Shown here one piece after another: positions 48,323 to 57,912 of a stretch of 64,000 bases of DNA. The notes below the pieces were generated by a model. It had not been told where the DNA came from. It did no database searches and was given only the letters and a program-made list of their open reading frames with translations. Both the position numbers and the translations under genes were made by a program. Positions within the stretch are counted from its first letter, which is position 1. Each line of letters begins with the position of its first letter. The stretch comes from Bdellovibrionales bacterium (GTDB lineage Bacteria > Bdellovibrionota > Bdellovibrionia > Bdellovibrionales > CAYMLA01), in NCBI GenBank assembly GCA_965217115.1, contig OZ244239.1, positions 1,344,001-1,408,000 of the forward strand. Direction: 5' to 3'.

Positions 48323-49477
48323 ATGAAGCAATTTGATTTTCCAACGACATTGATTTATGGCGAAGGTGCTTTGGAGGAGTTGTCTCTGCGAATTGCGAAA
48401 ACAAGATCAAGTTCTTTGTTGTTAGTGACAGATAAGACGCTTGTAGAGGTTGGCATTGTATCCTTTGTCATGGATGAGTTAGTAAAGAGAGGCCTAAAGG
48501 TTACTATTTATGATGGGACTGACTCTAACCCTACGGAAGACAATGTTTTAGAAGGGGCGGAAATTTATAAAGAGCATAAATGTGATGCCGTAGTTGCTCT
48601 TGGTGGGGGAAGCCCGATGGATGTTGCTAAGGGGGTTGTAGTTATGGCAAAAAATGACGGTCCTTTGGCGAAATATGATAATTGTTTCGGTGGTGAGAGA
48701 CATATTACCAACCCACTGCCTCCTCTCTATGCGATTCCAACAACTGCGGGAACGGGGAGTGAGGTTGGTCGCTCTGGAGTGATCATTATTAAAGAGACCA
48801 ATGATAAGACGATTATTTTCCATCCAGATCTTTTGCCAAAAATGGCTGCTCTTGATCCTGTATTGACGAAGGGTTTACCTCCACATATTACGGCAGCAAC
48901 TGGCATAGATGCATTTACTCATAGTCTTGAGGCTTATTTTTCTCCTGAATTTCACCCGATGGCTGATGGAATTGCCTTGGAGGGAATGAAGATTATTTTA
49001 GATAACTTAGAAACTGCAGTGCGAGAGGGAGAAAACATTGAAGCTCGGTCAAAAATGTTAATAGCTTCATCTATGGGAGCGACGGCTTTTCAAAAAGGCC
49101 TTGGAATGACTCACTCTATAGCTCATCCACTATCAAGCGAGTGTGGACTGCATCACGGTTTAGCCAATGCAATCATGCTTCCATTTTGTATCGCATTTTT
49201 AGAAGAATCTAATCTTAGTGAATTCCAAAGAGAAAAAATAGCCGATGTTCAAGGTCTTTTTGAAAAAAGAAATCTCTCTAAGGAGACACTTTCCCAATCT
49301 TGCAAATCTTATTTCGAGAGATTGGGGATTAAATCCGGTCTTTCAAATTACAATGTCACTGAAGATCAAATCAAGATTCTTAGTGAAAAAGCGCTTAAGG
49401 ACCCCTGTCATCAAACCAATATGATACCAGTGGACCTTGAGGATTTTAAAAAAGTTATAAGAAGGAGTTTGAGTTGA
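48323..49477 (+). CDS. Iron-containing alcohol dehydrogenase
   Basis: GGGSPMD, PTTAGTGSE, DAFTHSLE, HSIAH...HHGLAN. Confidence 0.92.
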   Translation: MKQFDFPTTLIYGEGALEELSLRIAKTRSSSLLLVTDKTLVEVGIVSFVMDELVKRGLKVTIYDGTDSNPTEDNVLEGAEIYKEHKCDAVVALGGGSPMDVAKGVVVMAKNDGPLAKYDNCFGGERHITNPLPPLYAIPTTAGTGSEVGRSGVIIIKETNDKTIIFHPDLLPKMAALDPVLTKGLPPHITAATGIDAFTHSLEAYFSPEFHPMADGIALEGMKIILDNLETAVREGENIEARSKMLIASSMGATAFQKGLGMTHSIAHPLSSECGLHHGLANAIMLPFCIAFLEESNLSEFQREKIADVQGLFEKRNLSKETLSQSCKSYFERLGIKSGLSNYNVTEDQIKILSEKALKDPCHQTNMIPVDLEDFKKVIRRSLS

Positions 49478-50163
49478 TAGGGATTCTTGATTCTTACCAT
49501 GAGGATAAAACGCCTGGAAATTATCAGGAAGAATATATTCCTGTAATTTTAAAGTTTTTTGATAAAATTTTTGAGTCAAGGGTTTACCATGTTGCTCAAA
49601 ATGATTTTCCCCGTTCTGTGAATGATTGCGATGGTTGGATTATTACGGGCAGTCCTCGGAGTTGTTACGATGGAGATGAATGGCTAAAAAAATTAAGCAC
49701 CTTTATTAATGAAGCACACAGAAACAAGTCTAAGCTCTTTGGCATTTGTTTTGGTCATCAAATAATAGCTCACAGTCTGGGAGGGAGAACTTTAAGGTCA
49801 GAAAAAGGCTGGGGTATTGGTGTTAGAGAGATTAAAATCATTGAACACAAGCCTTGGATGGAACCAGGCTTAGAAGATATCAAGCTTATTTTTTCACACC
49901 AAGATCAAGTTGTACAGCTTCCGTCAGAGGCGAAGCTCCTTGGGCAGAGTGAATTTTGTCCTAATGAAATGTATTCTATAGGTGAGCATATTTTTTCAAT
50001 TCAAGGACACCCAGAGGTTACGAAGGATTTTGCCTTAAATAGGTTAGAGTCCCGTTTAGAGGAGATCGGTGAGTTAGCATCTTGCATTGCTAGAGAATCT
50101 TTAAACTCTCAAAGCCCCGATAATGATATTGTGGGGGCTTGGGTTAAAAGCTTTTTTTCTTAA
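49474..50163 (+). CDS. Type 1 glutamine amidotransferase-like hydrolase
   Basis: ITGSP, GICFGHQ, HQDQV, QGHPE. Confidence 0.9.
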   Translation: MIGILDSYHEDKTPGNYQEEYIPVILKFFDKIFESRVYHVAQNDFPRSVNDCDGWIITGSPRSCYDGDEWLKKLSTFINEAHRNKSKLFGICFGHQIIAHSLGGRTLRSEKGWGIGVREIKIIEHKPWMEPGLEDIKLIFSHQDQVVQLPSEAKLLGQSEFCPNEMYSIGEHIFSIQGHPEVTKDFALNRLESRLEEIGELASCIARESLNSQSPDNDIVGAWVKSFFS

Positions 50164-50204
50164 ATTATTTATAATTAGTCAGTAGAATTCTTGAGTTTAA
50201 ATGA

Positions 50205-51506
50205 TTACATCTGTTCTTTACTGACTTCTTCGATCTTGGCGTGTTCGATCAAATAATTAACAACCTTTTCCTCGATAATTTGGTAGGTTAATCGCGATCG
50301 CTGCTCATCAGAGCCGTAGAACTCTTTGATTTTACTGAGATCAAGTCCTGTTTGTTGAGCCATTTCAGTGTATTTTTGTTCGAAGTCACTGTCTTCACAG
50401 CTTATTTTTTTCTCTTTGGCAACGGCATCGATCATAAATCCTGAATGAACCATCTCCTTGGCCATATTATCAAAATCCTGTCCCCATTTTTGTGAGTATT
50501 CAATAAAGTCTTTTTCGTTCATACCCTGTTCGGTCATGCGTTTCTGCACGTCATTGATGAGATTTTGTTTTTGCTCTGTTTGCAGGGACTTTGGAACATC
50601 CATCGGGTTCTCTTGGACAAGCTTCTTTAAAACATTATTTTTTAAATCTTCTTTAATGCGATTTTCTTCATTTTTAAGTAAATCTCTATGAATTGTTTTC
50701 TTAAGGTCTTGGAGAGTCTGGTCCTTGCCACCGAGTGATTTAATAAGTTCGTCGTTAAGTTCAGGAAGTTCTGATTTTTGTAGCTTGTTGAGTTTGACCT
50801 TGAATTCAACAGGTTTACCAGAAATCTCTTTTGCGTGATAATCATCAGGAAATTTTGTCGATATATTTTTCTCAGAACCAACCTTCATACCAACTACTTT
50901 TTCTTCAAAACCTTCAATGAAGTTTTTTGATCCAAGTTCCAAGGAGTGGTCTTTTCCAGAGCCCCCTTCTAAGGGAGCGCCATTGATGGAGCCGTCAAAA
51001 TCAATGATAGCAATATCGCCCATTTGTGCAGGTCGATCTTCAAAGATATCTACGGCTGTGGCTTTGCTTTTTCTGATGTTTTCAAGAGTTTGATCTACTT
51101 GAGAATCGTCTAATTTTAAAATTTCTTTCTTAATAGAGAGGCCTTCAGAAGTTTTGAGAGTAACTTTAGGGCGAACCTCAAATAGGGCAGAGAAAGAAAA
51201 GGAAGAGCTTTCGTTGATATCTTTGAAGTCAAACTGAGGGTTGCCTATAGGTTCTAAGGTGTGTTCAGTTAATGCTTCCCCGTAGTTAGTTTGCACAATG
51301 TCTTGCAAGACGTCTTGTTTAACTTTGTCGCCATAAGACTGACGAATTTTGTTTAAAGGAGCTTTGCCCTTGCGAAAGCCAGAGATATCAGCGTCTTTTT
51401 GAATGACACGGTAGATTTTATTAAAAGCTGTTTTTACTGTTTCACTAGGAACTTCAATATTGAGTCTACGCTCTAGTTTTGATAATTCTTCGACATGGCT
51501 CTTCAT
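50205..51506 (-). CDS. tig: Trigger factor
   Basis: GFRKGKAP ribosome-binding loop; FKBP domain (IDFDG...FIEGFE...FPDDYHA). Confidence 0.96.
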   Translation of the reverse strand: MKSHVEELSKLERRLNIEVPSETVKTAFNKIYRVIQKDADISGFRKGKAPLNKIRQSYGDKVKQDVLQDIVQTNYGEALTEHTLEPIGNPQFDFKDINESSSFSFSALFEVRPKVTLKTSEGLSIKKEILKLDDSQVDQTLENIRKSKATAVDIFEDRPAQMGDIAIIDFDGSINGAPLEGGSGKDHSLELGSKNFIEGFEEKVVGMKVGSEKNISTKFPDDYHAKEISGKPVEFKVKLNKLQKSELPELNDELIKSLGGKDQTLQDLKKTIHRDLLKNEENRIKEDLKNNVLKKLVQENPMDVPKSLQTEQKQNLINDVQKRMTEQGMNEKDFIEYSQKWGQDFDNMAKEMVHSGFMIDAVAKEKKISCEDSDFEQKYTEMAQQTGLDLSKIKEFYGSDEQRSRLTYQIIEEKVVNYLIEHAKIEEVSKEQM

Positions 51507-51625
51507 GGTTTTAGGCTCCTTAAGAGTTTTATATTCAGTTAATGTACTGACCTACTGCTAGAAGCTCTTAAATGCAAGTCTAGGGAGAATTTTGTCGCTT
51601 TCAGGTCAGCGATGTACTATGCCAT

Positions 51626-52456
51626 GTGAGTATGAATCAGCAAAAAATTATCTTAGTTTCAGGTAAGGGGGGAGTGGGTAAAAGCACGTTGGCCGCTTGT
51701 TTGGCTCAAAAACTGGCAAATGAAGGTCAAGAGGTGTTGCTTGTGAGGCTTTGCCGCTCATCTTCAAAAGAAAAGGCATCTCTCCGGGCCTCAACCCTAT
51801 TTCCAGGGGCAGAACCATTTCAAGTGGCCTATTGGATGGGACTTGGGTGTTTACAGGATTATGTAACGCACGTAGTCAAATCTTCAAAGGTGGCTTCCTT
51901 GTTTTTTGCGAATCTGACAGTTCGCCGCTTACTAGAGGTGGCTCCCGGGCTGTGTGAGTTGTCTATTTTGGGAAAACTAACCAGTGGTATTCGCGGAGTT
52001 GGAGATTTGTTTTCTTACGATGTTGTGGTGGTGGATGGTTATGCGACGGGACACACATTATCTCTTTTGAAGGCTCCTGTTGCGATGAGAGATTTTTTTT
52101 CCACAGGGAGTCTTAAAAACCCCATGGGAGAGCAGAGTTCTGATATTTTAAAAGTATTGCAAAATAAAAACATCTTTAAAGTGGTGATTGCGACTCTTCC
52201 CGAGGAATTTTCTTTAGAGGAGTCTTGTGGTTTTGCGCAGGAATTAGAAAAATTAGAGATAGAGTGTGAGTTTTGGTTGAATCGTGTTTGGCCTGAGTGT
52301 CCAGAGAAAATAAAAGAAGGATTGTGGTGGGATCGGGTCAAAGCACAGAAGCGAGCTCTGGTTAAAAATCCTGAGAAATTTTCTATGGAGTGGCCTTTTA
52401 TTCCATACGTTCAACGAGAGGAGTTATATAGAAAATTACTAGGAGAGGTTCTATGA
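51626..52456 (+). CDS. ArsA/GET3-like P-loop ATPase
   Basis: SGKGGVGKST, APGL.EL..LGK, VVDGYATGH, TLPEE. Confidence 0.8.
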   Translation: MSMNQQKIILVSGKGGVGKSTLAACLAQKLANEGQEVLLVRLCRSSSKEKASLRASTLFPGAEPFQVAYWMGLGCLQDYVTHVVKSSKVASLFFANLTVRRLLEVAPGLCELSILGKLTSGIRGVGDLFSYDVVVVDGYATGHTLSLLKAPVAMRDFFSTGSLKNPMGEQSSDILKVLQNKNIFKVVIATLPEEFSLEESCGFAQELEKLEIECEFWLNRVWPECPEKIKEGLWWDRVKAQKRALVKNPEKFSMEWPFIPYVQREELYRKLLGEVL

Positions 52457-53526
52457 AAAAAGTGAGTTCACTTTTTGAGTCTAACCGCATTTTGGTTTGT
52501 GTTGGGGCAGGGGGAGTTGGTAAAACCACAGTGGCAGCTTCTCTGGGAGTTTTATCGGCAAAGGCTGGGTTGAAAACTCTTGTTCTCACGGTGGACCCCT
52601 CTCGACGCCTAGCTAAGGCGTTTGGTCTTGGGGATTCAGAAGAGCAAAAACAAATTCACTGGGAAGATGTTTGTTTTCCACAAGGGGGAGAGTTCTGGGT
52701 GGGGGCGATTTGTCACGAGTTATTTTTTGCTCGTTTTATTCGCGAAGGGGTTAAGGATGAAGCTCTTTTGCAGAAACTAATAAAGAATAAAATATACCAA
52801 AAATTAACTGATACTTTATCTGGTTCCCAGGATTTTACATCTATGGGGAGATTGTTAGAGGCATGGGAATCTCAAGAATTTGATTTGATCGTTTTAGACA
52901 CTCCTCCGAGTGAGCATGCTTTGGATTTTTTTCAAGCTCCTAAAAAATTTCAAAGGATTTTTGATAAAAAATTAATGAGTTGGTTTTCTCAAGAGAAGGA
53001 CACAGATAGAAAACTCCCAAACCTTCTTAAATCTCTTGTGGGTTTTGGTCTTCAATCAGCACAGAGTGTTTTGCAAAAATTAACAGGAAGCTCTTTTATG
53101 TTAGAATTGACAGAGTTCTTTTCGGCATTGAGTCATTGGCAACAGGAATTAAGTGACAAGACGAAAAAAGTTGATGAACTTTTAAAAAGTTCAAATTTAA
53201 AATTTGTCGTTGTGACAGGTGCAGAGGAAGAGCGTTTGGAGCAAACAGAGTATTTAAAAAATCAGTTACAGCAAGAGGGCTTATCTTTAGAGGTGGTGGT
53301 GGTTAATCGTATTTTTCCATCGCCAGATTCTGTAAGTCGAGAACATTGGCCAGAATTGGAGAAACATTATTCTTATCAAAAAAATCTGTGTCAAAAATTG
53401 AGTCTCGATTTAAATGGAGTACCTGTCATTGAGGTTTTAGAAATGAAGGAAGATATAGGAAGTCTTGACGGAGTGATGATCTTTTCAGAGTTGATATTAA
53501 AAAATGAACAGGAGATGGGTTTATGA
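52453..53526 (+). CDS. ArsA/GET3-like P-loop ATPase (second subunit)
   Basis: GAGGVGKTT, LTVDPSRRLA, DLIVLDTPP..HALDF, VVVNR. Confidence 0.85.
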   Translation: MKKVSSLFESNRILVCVGAGGVGKTTVAASLGVLSAKAGLKTLVLTVDPSRRLAKAFGLGDSEEQKQIHWEDVCFPQGGEFWVGAICHELFFARFIREGVKDEALLQKLIKNKIYQKLTDTLSGSQDFTSMGRLLEAWESQEFDLIVLDTPPSEHALDFFQAPKKFQRIFDKKLMSWFSQEKDTDRKLPNLLKSLVGFGLQSAQSVLQKLTGSSFMLELTEFFSALSHWQQELSDKTKKVDELLKSSNLKFVVVTGAEEERLEQTEYLKNQLQQEGLSLEVVVVNRIFPSPDSVSREHWPELEKHYSYQKNLCQKLSLDLNGVPVIEVLEMKEDIGSLDGVMIFSELILKNEQEMGL

Positions 53527-54305
53527 AAAAAAAATCTCTAAATTATTTTGAGGAATTTTTTCTTGGTTGTGCTTCCCCCGTTAAAGGCATGAGACTTCTT
53601 ATGGGAGACAGGTCATTGCGTCGACTCTCATTTTGGCCTTTTATAATCTACATTCTATTCTTTATTATTGGATTGAGTTTCTCATCACCATTACTGTTGG
53701 TGGTTTCTTCTTGGGTAACGGCCATGTTGGGAAGTACAATTGCCTCTGGATTCTTGGGGCTGTTGATTTTAATAGTTACAAAAATAATGAGTTGGTTATT
53801 TTTTGTTTTGGTATTGGGTTACGGGGTTTTTTTGGTGACTAATATTATTGCGTCGCCGTTTTATGCTCTTTTGGCTGAAAAAATATTGAAAGACAGAGGA
53901 GAAATGCCAGAGGGGGCGAAATCTCTGAAGAGTTGGTTAGGTCGAAATCTGGGCCTGATTTTACAGGCGCTGATTAAGGTGATGATTTTTCTTATCTTGG
54001 GTGCCATTTTGTTTGCTTTGTCCTTGATACCAGCAATTGGTTTTATTGCAACTTTTGGCTTTTTTCTGATTATCGCTTTTGATTGCAGTGATTATTCCTA
54101 TGAAGCTGTTTTGTGGAATTTTCGTCAGAGAATGAGTTTCTTTACTTTGCACTGGGCGGCTCATTGTGGTTTGGCGCTGACAATAGGCTTTATTTTTATG
54201 ATCCCTATAATGAATATTTTTTTATTTCCGATGGCGGTTGTTGGGGCGACAGATCTATTTATTCGGTTGAGAGCTACTGACAAAGCGAGTGTAATTGAAA
54301 CCTAA
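53523..54305 (+). CDS. EI24/CysZ-like membrane protein
   Basis: IIASPFYALLAEK and DYSYE motifs; hydrophobic helices. Confidence 0.75.
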   Translation: MKKKSLNYFEEFFLGCASPVKGMRLLMGDRSLRRLSFWPFIIYILFFIIGLSFSSPLLLVVSSWVTAMLGSTIASGFLGLLILIVTKIMSWLFFVLVLGYGVFLVTNIIASPFYALLAEKILKDRGEMPEGAKSLKSWLGRNLGLILQALIKVMIFLILGAILFALSLIPAIGFIATFGFFLIIAFDCSDYSYEAVLWNFRQRMSFFTLHWAAHCGLALTIGFIFMIPIMNIFLFPMAVVGATDLFIRLRATDKASVIET

Positions 54306-54320
54306 GTTAGCGAGAGAAAG

Positions 54321-55568
54321 ATGAAAGATTTTGTACATAGGCAAATTATTAAGAACATAGATTCAGTATCTGATTGGTTTCAACAAAAATCTTTGCACCC
54401 CTATCTCCCTTTCTATTCATCGTTTGATATGAGGGACAGTGGTTATAAGATCACTAATGTGGATGCGAATCTTTTTCCTGCTGGATTTAATAATATTTGT
54501 GAGGTTGACCGGGATGAGGCGCCAAATTTGGTCTCTCAATATTTAGAGCGTTGTTACAATCTTCCAAAGAATGCTAAAATTGTGTTATTAACCGAAGAGC
54601 ACACGAGAAACGCTTATTATTGGGAAAATATTTATCAAATATTGAATTTATTAGAAGGGTTAGGTCACAAGGTGAAATTATGTGTGCCTAAAAAATTGGA
54701 AAAAGACATTTATGTGCAATCGGCAACAGGTAGGGAGTTGATTATTGTGTCTTGGTGGCAATTAAAGAGAGAGGGTTTTGTCCCAGATGTTGTGATAAAT
54801 AATAACGATTTTTCTTCTCACTATGAGGAATGGGAAGCATCTTTGCAGGAAGAAGTGATGTTGGTGAACCCTCCCTGGCAACTTGGTTGGCGTTGGAGAA
54901 AGAAGAGCGATTATTTTTTCCATTTTAATTCTTTAGCTGAAACCTTTGCTCAAATAATAGATGTGGACCCGTGGGTTTTTACGGTGAGAACAGAGGTTTT
55001 TTCTAATTTCTCGATCAATGAGAGAGGGAGTCGAGATAGTTTAGCGAGTATTATACAAACACAAATAGATGAACTCTCTGAGGACTATGCACAGAGAAAG
55101 ATTGATAGAAAACCGACAGTTTTTGTAAAAAACAACTCTGGAACCTACGGCATGGGAATTATAGCTGTGAGTTCAGGAGAGGAGTTTTTGCAATTAAATA
55201 ATAGAGCGCGGACGAAGATGAAGGCCTCCAAGGGAGGAGAGGGGATTGGGGAGGTGATTGTGCAAGAGGGGATACCGTCCTCTTTGTTAAGTGGACAGTC
55301 AGTGGCGGAGCCAGTTCTCTATCTTGTTGGTGAAGAGTTGGCAGGGGGGTTTTTGCGAACTCATAAGGATAAGGGAGTGGTTGATAATTTGAATAGTCCG
55401 GGGGCTGTGTATAAGCGACTTTGTGTTTCTGATTTAAAAATAAATGTGGAAGGTTCTCCATTGGAAAATGTTTATGGTTGGGTTGCTAAGCTGGGTGTGC
55501 TTGCTTTGGCAATGGAGATTAAAAGTAAAAAAATAAAAATCTGTTCTTGTTCTGAATTGGAAAATTAA
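54321..55568 (+). CDS. gshA: Glutamate--cysteine ligase, divergent (PF08886-like) type
   Basis: FYSSFDMRDSGYK..NVDANLFPAGFNN, EEHTRN.YY, NNDFS, GTYGMGI, VQEGI, NLNSPG. Confidence 0.85.
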   Translation: MKDFVHRQIIKNIDSVSDWFQQKSLHPYLPFYSSFDMRDSGYKITNVDANLFPAGFNNICEVDRDEAPNLVSQYLERCYNLPKNAKIVLLTEEHTRNAYYWENIYQILNLLEGLGHKVKLCVPKKLEKDIYVQSATGRELIIVSWWQLKREGFVPDVVINNNDFSSHYEEWEASLQEEVMLVNPPWQLGWRWRKKSDYFFHFNSLAETFAQIIDVDPWVFTVRTEVFSNFSINERGSRDSLASIIQTQIDELSEDYAQRKIDRKPTVFVKNNSGTYGMGIIAVSSGEEFLQLNNRARTKMKASKGGEGIGEVIVQEGIPSSLLSGQSVAEPVLYLVGEELAGGFLRTHKDKGVVDNLNSPGAVYKRLCVSDLKINVEGSPLENVYGWVAKLGVLALAMEIKSKKIKICSCSELEN

Positions 55569-55638
55569 TTGACAAAAGTCTAGTAACTAAACTTTTCATC
55601 GGCTTCTTCCGAAAGAGTAGGTGATAAGGGAGGCCCCT

Positions 55639-56337
55639 ATGAAAAATGGGAGTATACGGTTTGTAGGTATTTTTGGATTTATATTTTTCTTTGCGATGGG
55701 GGTGAATATTGCCTTTAAATCGTGGAGTGGTTCTACCTATGTAAGTCAAAAAGTTTGGTTTGATGGAAAGCGCGATTTAGCTTCTGTTGGCAAGGCATTC
55801 GATTTTTCTAACTTAAGCGGAAATATCTTTCGTGGAGAAGCCAAATCTCAAATGATAGAGAGAGCTAGGGTGAGTGAGGGATTAGATCGAATTGGTGTGC
55901 AGTTGGGTCATTTTTTAGTAAGAACGAGTGAGGGTAAGAGAAATTTTATCTGTCGAGAGCATGGCCGCGTGGAAATGACTTTTAAAGCCAGTGGCTTTGC
56001 AATCAACGGTCGTAGGCCTGTGATGGTGGTGGATGGACTGTGCAATGTTGCCAATGATGTTAATTATATTTCGACGTTGTGGATTCCTGTGAAGGAGATC
56101 ATTAAAAGTTCAGCAGGAGATGTTGAATTTAAATTTAGAGGAGAAGCTCCTGTGAGTGTGACCTTTGATGGAATGGGAGATAGTTGGCCAGAGAATTGGG
56201 CACTGTCTAGTGTGCGTTTTTATTCAGAAGGACAAAAAAAAGGAAAAGAGATGGTTGTTGAACAAAGGGATATCTTAAAGTTGCAAAAAAACAAACGCCT
56301 ATCTCTTAATTGGAATCGCTGGATTCAGCAGAAATGA
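55639..56337 (+). CDS. Hypothetical membrane-anchored protein
   Basis: gggagg RBS before ATG 55639; N-terminal TM helix. Confidence 0.7.
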   Translation: MKNGSIRFVGIFGFIFFFAMGVNIAFKSWSGSTYVSQKVWFDGKRDLASVGKAFDFSNLSGNIFRGEAKSQMIERARVSEGLDRIGVQLGHFLVRTSEGKRNFICREHGRVEMTFKASGFAINGRRPVMVVDGLCNVANDVNYISTLWIPVKEIIKSSAGDVEFKFRGEAPVSVTFDGMGDSWPENWALSSVRFYSEGQKKGKEMVVEQRDILKLQKNKRLSLNWNRWIQQK

Positions 56338-56365
56338 CCAAGCAATGTTTAAACTTTTTACAGAG

Positions 56366-56431
56366 CGGCTTCACAGGAAGTGATCTGTCCATCTGCAATG
56401 GGAGCTGCGACATCACTAGACTCTGTGTTAA
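56366..56431 (-). pseudogene. 66-bp remnant duplicating the 3' part of the 57187-57648 gene
   Basis: 60/66 identical to 57231-57296; no upstream start in frame. Confidence 0.8.
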
Positions 56432-56515
56432 CTGTACGTCGTCAAAACATTTGGGAATAAACAAGATCCAGACTAATTAACAATTTCTTATTACCTTCTA
56501 GATCAAGTCAGCGAG

Positions 56516-56842
56516 CTATTTTTCTAATATAGTACAAAAATCTTCATTATGATATACGTCAACAGCATAATAGAAAGAAATCTTATATATAGGCAATTCA
56601 TAACGTGTTGGATTTTCATAAATTAAACCCTTAACAGTTATATTAAATCGATATAAGCTTTTAACATCAGAATTTTCAATGGAAAAGCGAGTAAAGAACC
56701 AGCGATCTATATTTTTATTTTCAGTCAATAATTTGTTAACGGCGTACTTACGTACTTTGTCTTGACAATCTTTAGATGCCCCCTCTTTTGCAAAACTAAC
56801 CACAGTACTAAGCAATACTAATAGTGCAAATATTTTTTTCAT
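56516..56842 (-). CDS. Small secreted hypothetical protein
   Basis: MKKIFALLVLLSTVVSFA signal peptide; aggggg RBS; two Cys. Confidence 0.75.
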   Translation of the reverse strand: MKKIFALLVLLSTVVSFAKEGASKDCQDKVRKYAVNKLLTENKNIDRWFFTRFSIENSDVKSLYRFNITVKGLIYENPTRYELPIYKISFYYAVDVYHNEDFCTILEK

Positions 56843-56907
56843 AAAGCCCCTTTTTGTTAATTTTTCGAGAGAGTATCGCCAATTCTAAAACTTACAAGAT
56901 AAAATCT

Positions 56908-56934
56908 ATAGATCGTTTAAAAAAAACGATCTAT
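56908..56934. promoter_or_regulatory. Perfect palindrome, possible operator
   Basis: atagatcgttt-aaaaa-aaacgatctat upstream of the 56842 gene. Confidence 0.35.
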
Positions 56935-57107
56935 CGCCGCTGATTTTCTAGTTAATGGTATTATAAAGAAAATTTTTCGAATCCAAGACATATCTTTGTT
57001 CAAATACAATGGTTTTTTGTGACCGAAGGAAATAGTTTATGGATATACGTCATATTGAAAAAAAACATTAACAATCTAGTGATGAGTAAAAGATGCAGAT
57101 AAAGCAC

Positions 57108-57135
57108 AAAAAAGAGGCTACCAATTGGCAACCTC
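57108..57135 (-). terminator. Rho-independent terminator
   Basis: Minus strand gaggttgcc-aatt-ggtagcctc-tttttt. Confidence 0.65.
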
Positions 57136-57186
57136 GTCATCTTTTCCTAATTTTGATAAACTAGTTAGTTATTAAAACCTAAAATC

Positions 57187-57648
57187 TTAATTTGTATAAA
57201 ACCAATCGAGACGATCAAAATCTTCAAAATCGGTTTCACAGGAAGTGATCTGTCCATCTGTAATGAGAGCTTCGACATCATTAGATTCTGTGTTAATAAA
57301 AAAACCATAGATGTTCCCGCCAGCATCAAAGAGATACATTCTATAATTTCTGTCATGGGCAGTGTCTTTTATTGATCTAACCCAAAGTTCAGCCTTCTCA
57401 AGACTATAAGAAGCATATTTGAGTGCCTCTTCATAGCTAGTAACAGACACTCCCAGGCTAGCAGAGACCCCTTTTATAATCTGGGAGAGTGTTTTTTTAT
57501 TTACTTTTGAATCCTTATTAAGGGTTTGTTCTTCAGATACAATCAAATCTTTCATTCGTGCAGTGTCAACAAGGTCGTCACCAAAGAGACATTTAGAAAA
57601 AGAGGGGACAGATGTGAGTAGAACCAATGCAATTAATATTTTTTTCAT
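57187..57648 (-). CDS. Secreted hypothetical protein
   Basis: MKKILIALVLLTSVPSFS signal peptide; aaggag RBS. Confidence 0.78.
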   Translation of the reverse strand: MKKILIALVLLTSVPSFSKCLFGDDLVDTARMKDLIVSEEQTLNKDSKVNKKTLSQIIKGVSASLGVSVTSYEEALKYASYSLEKAELWVRSIKDTAHDRNYRMYLFDAGGNIYGFFINTESNDVEALITDGQITSCETDFEDFDRLDWFYTN

Positions 57649-57838
57649 AATTGTTCTCCTTGAATTGTGTTCACTAAGAGAGGAACCTATTAATTTCTTT
57701 AATTAAACAAACTTCTATCTCCTTCCCGGAAATAAGCAATAAATTTATTTCGTTTGAAATATTTACAAAGCAGATCACTCACGACACTCGAATGTTTTTT
57801 TTGGATTTGTTCTTAAAAAAACAATGGCTTCTGAATTC

Positions 57839-57867
57839 AAAAAAAAAGGCCACTTTTTGCAGTGGCC
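57839..57867 (-). terminator. Rho-independent terminator
   Basis: Minus strand ggccact-gcaaaa-agtggcc-ttttttttt. Confidence 0.75.
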
Positions 57868-57912
57868 CCGTTATAATTCCTTCGCTCAGACGAGTGAGGA
57901 CAATTTTAGAAT

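Noticed and set aside
51626..53526. Arsenic resistance operon
   Set aside because: No ars permease, reductase or regulator; the split ATPase pair is of the non-ars type.
56366..57296. Bona fide diversity-generating retroelement
   Set aside because: No reverse transcriptase or Avd, wrong TR/VR polarity, and only six mismatches.
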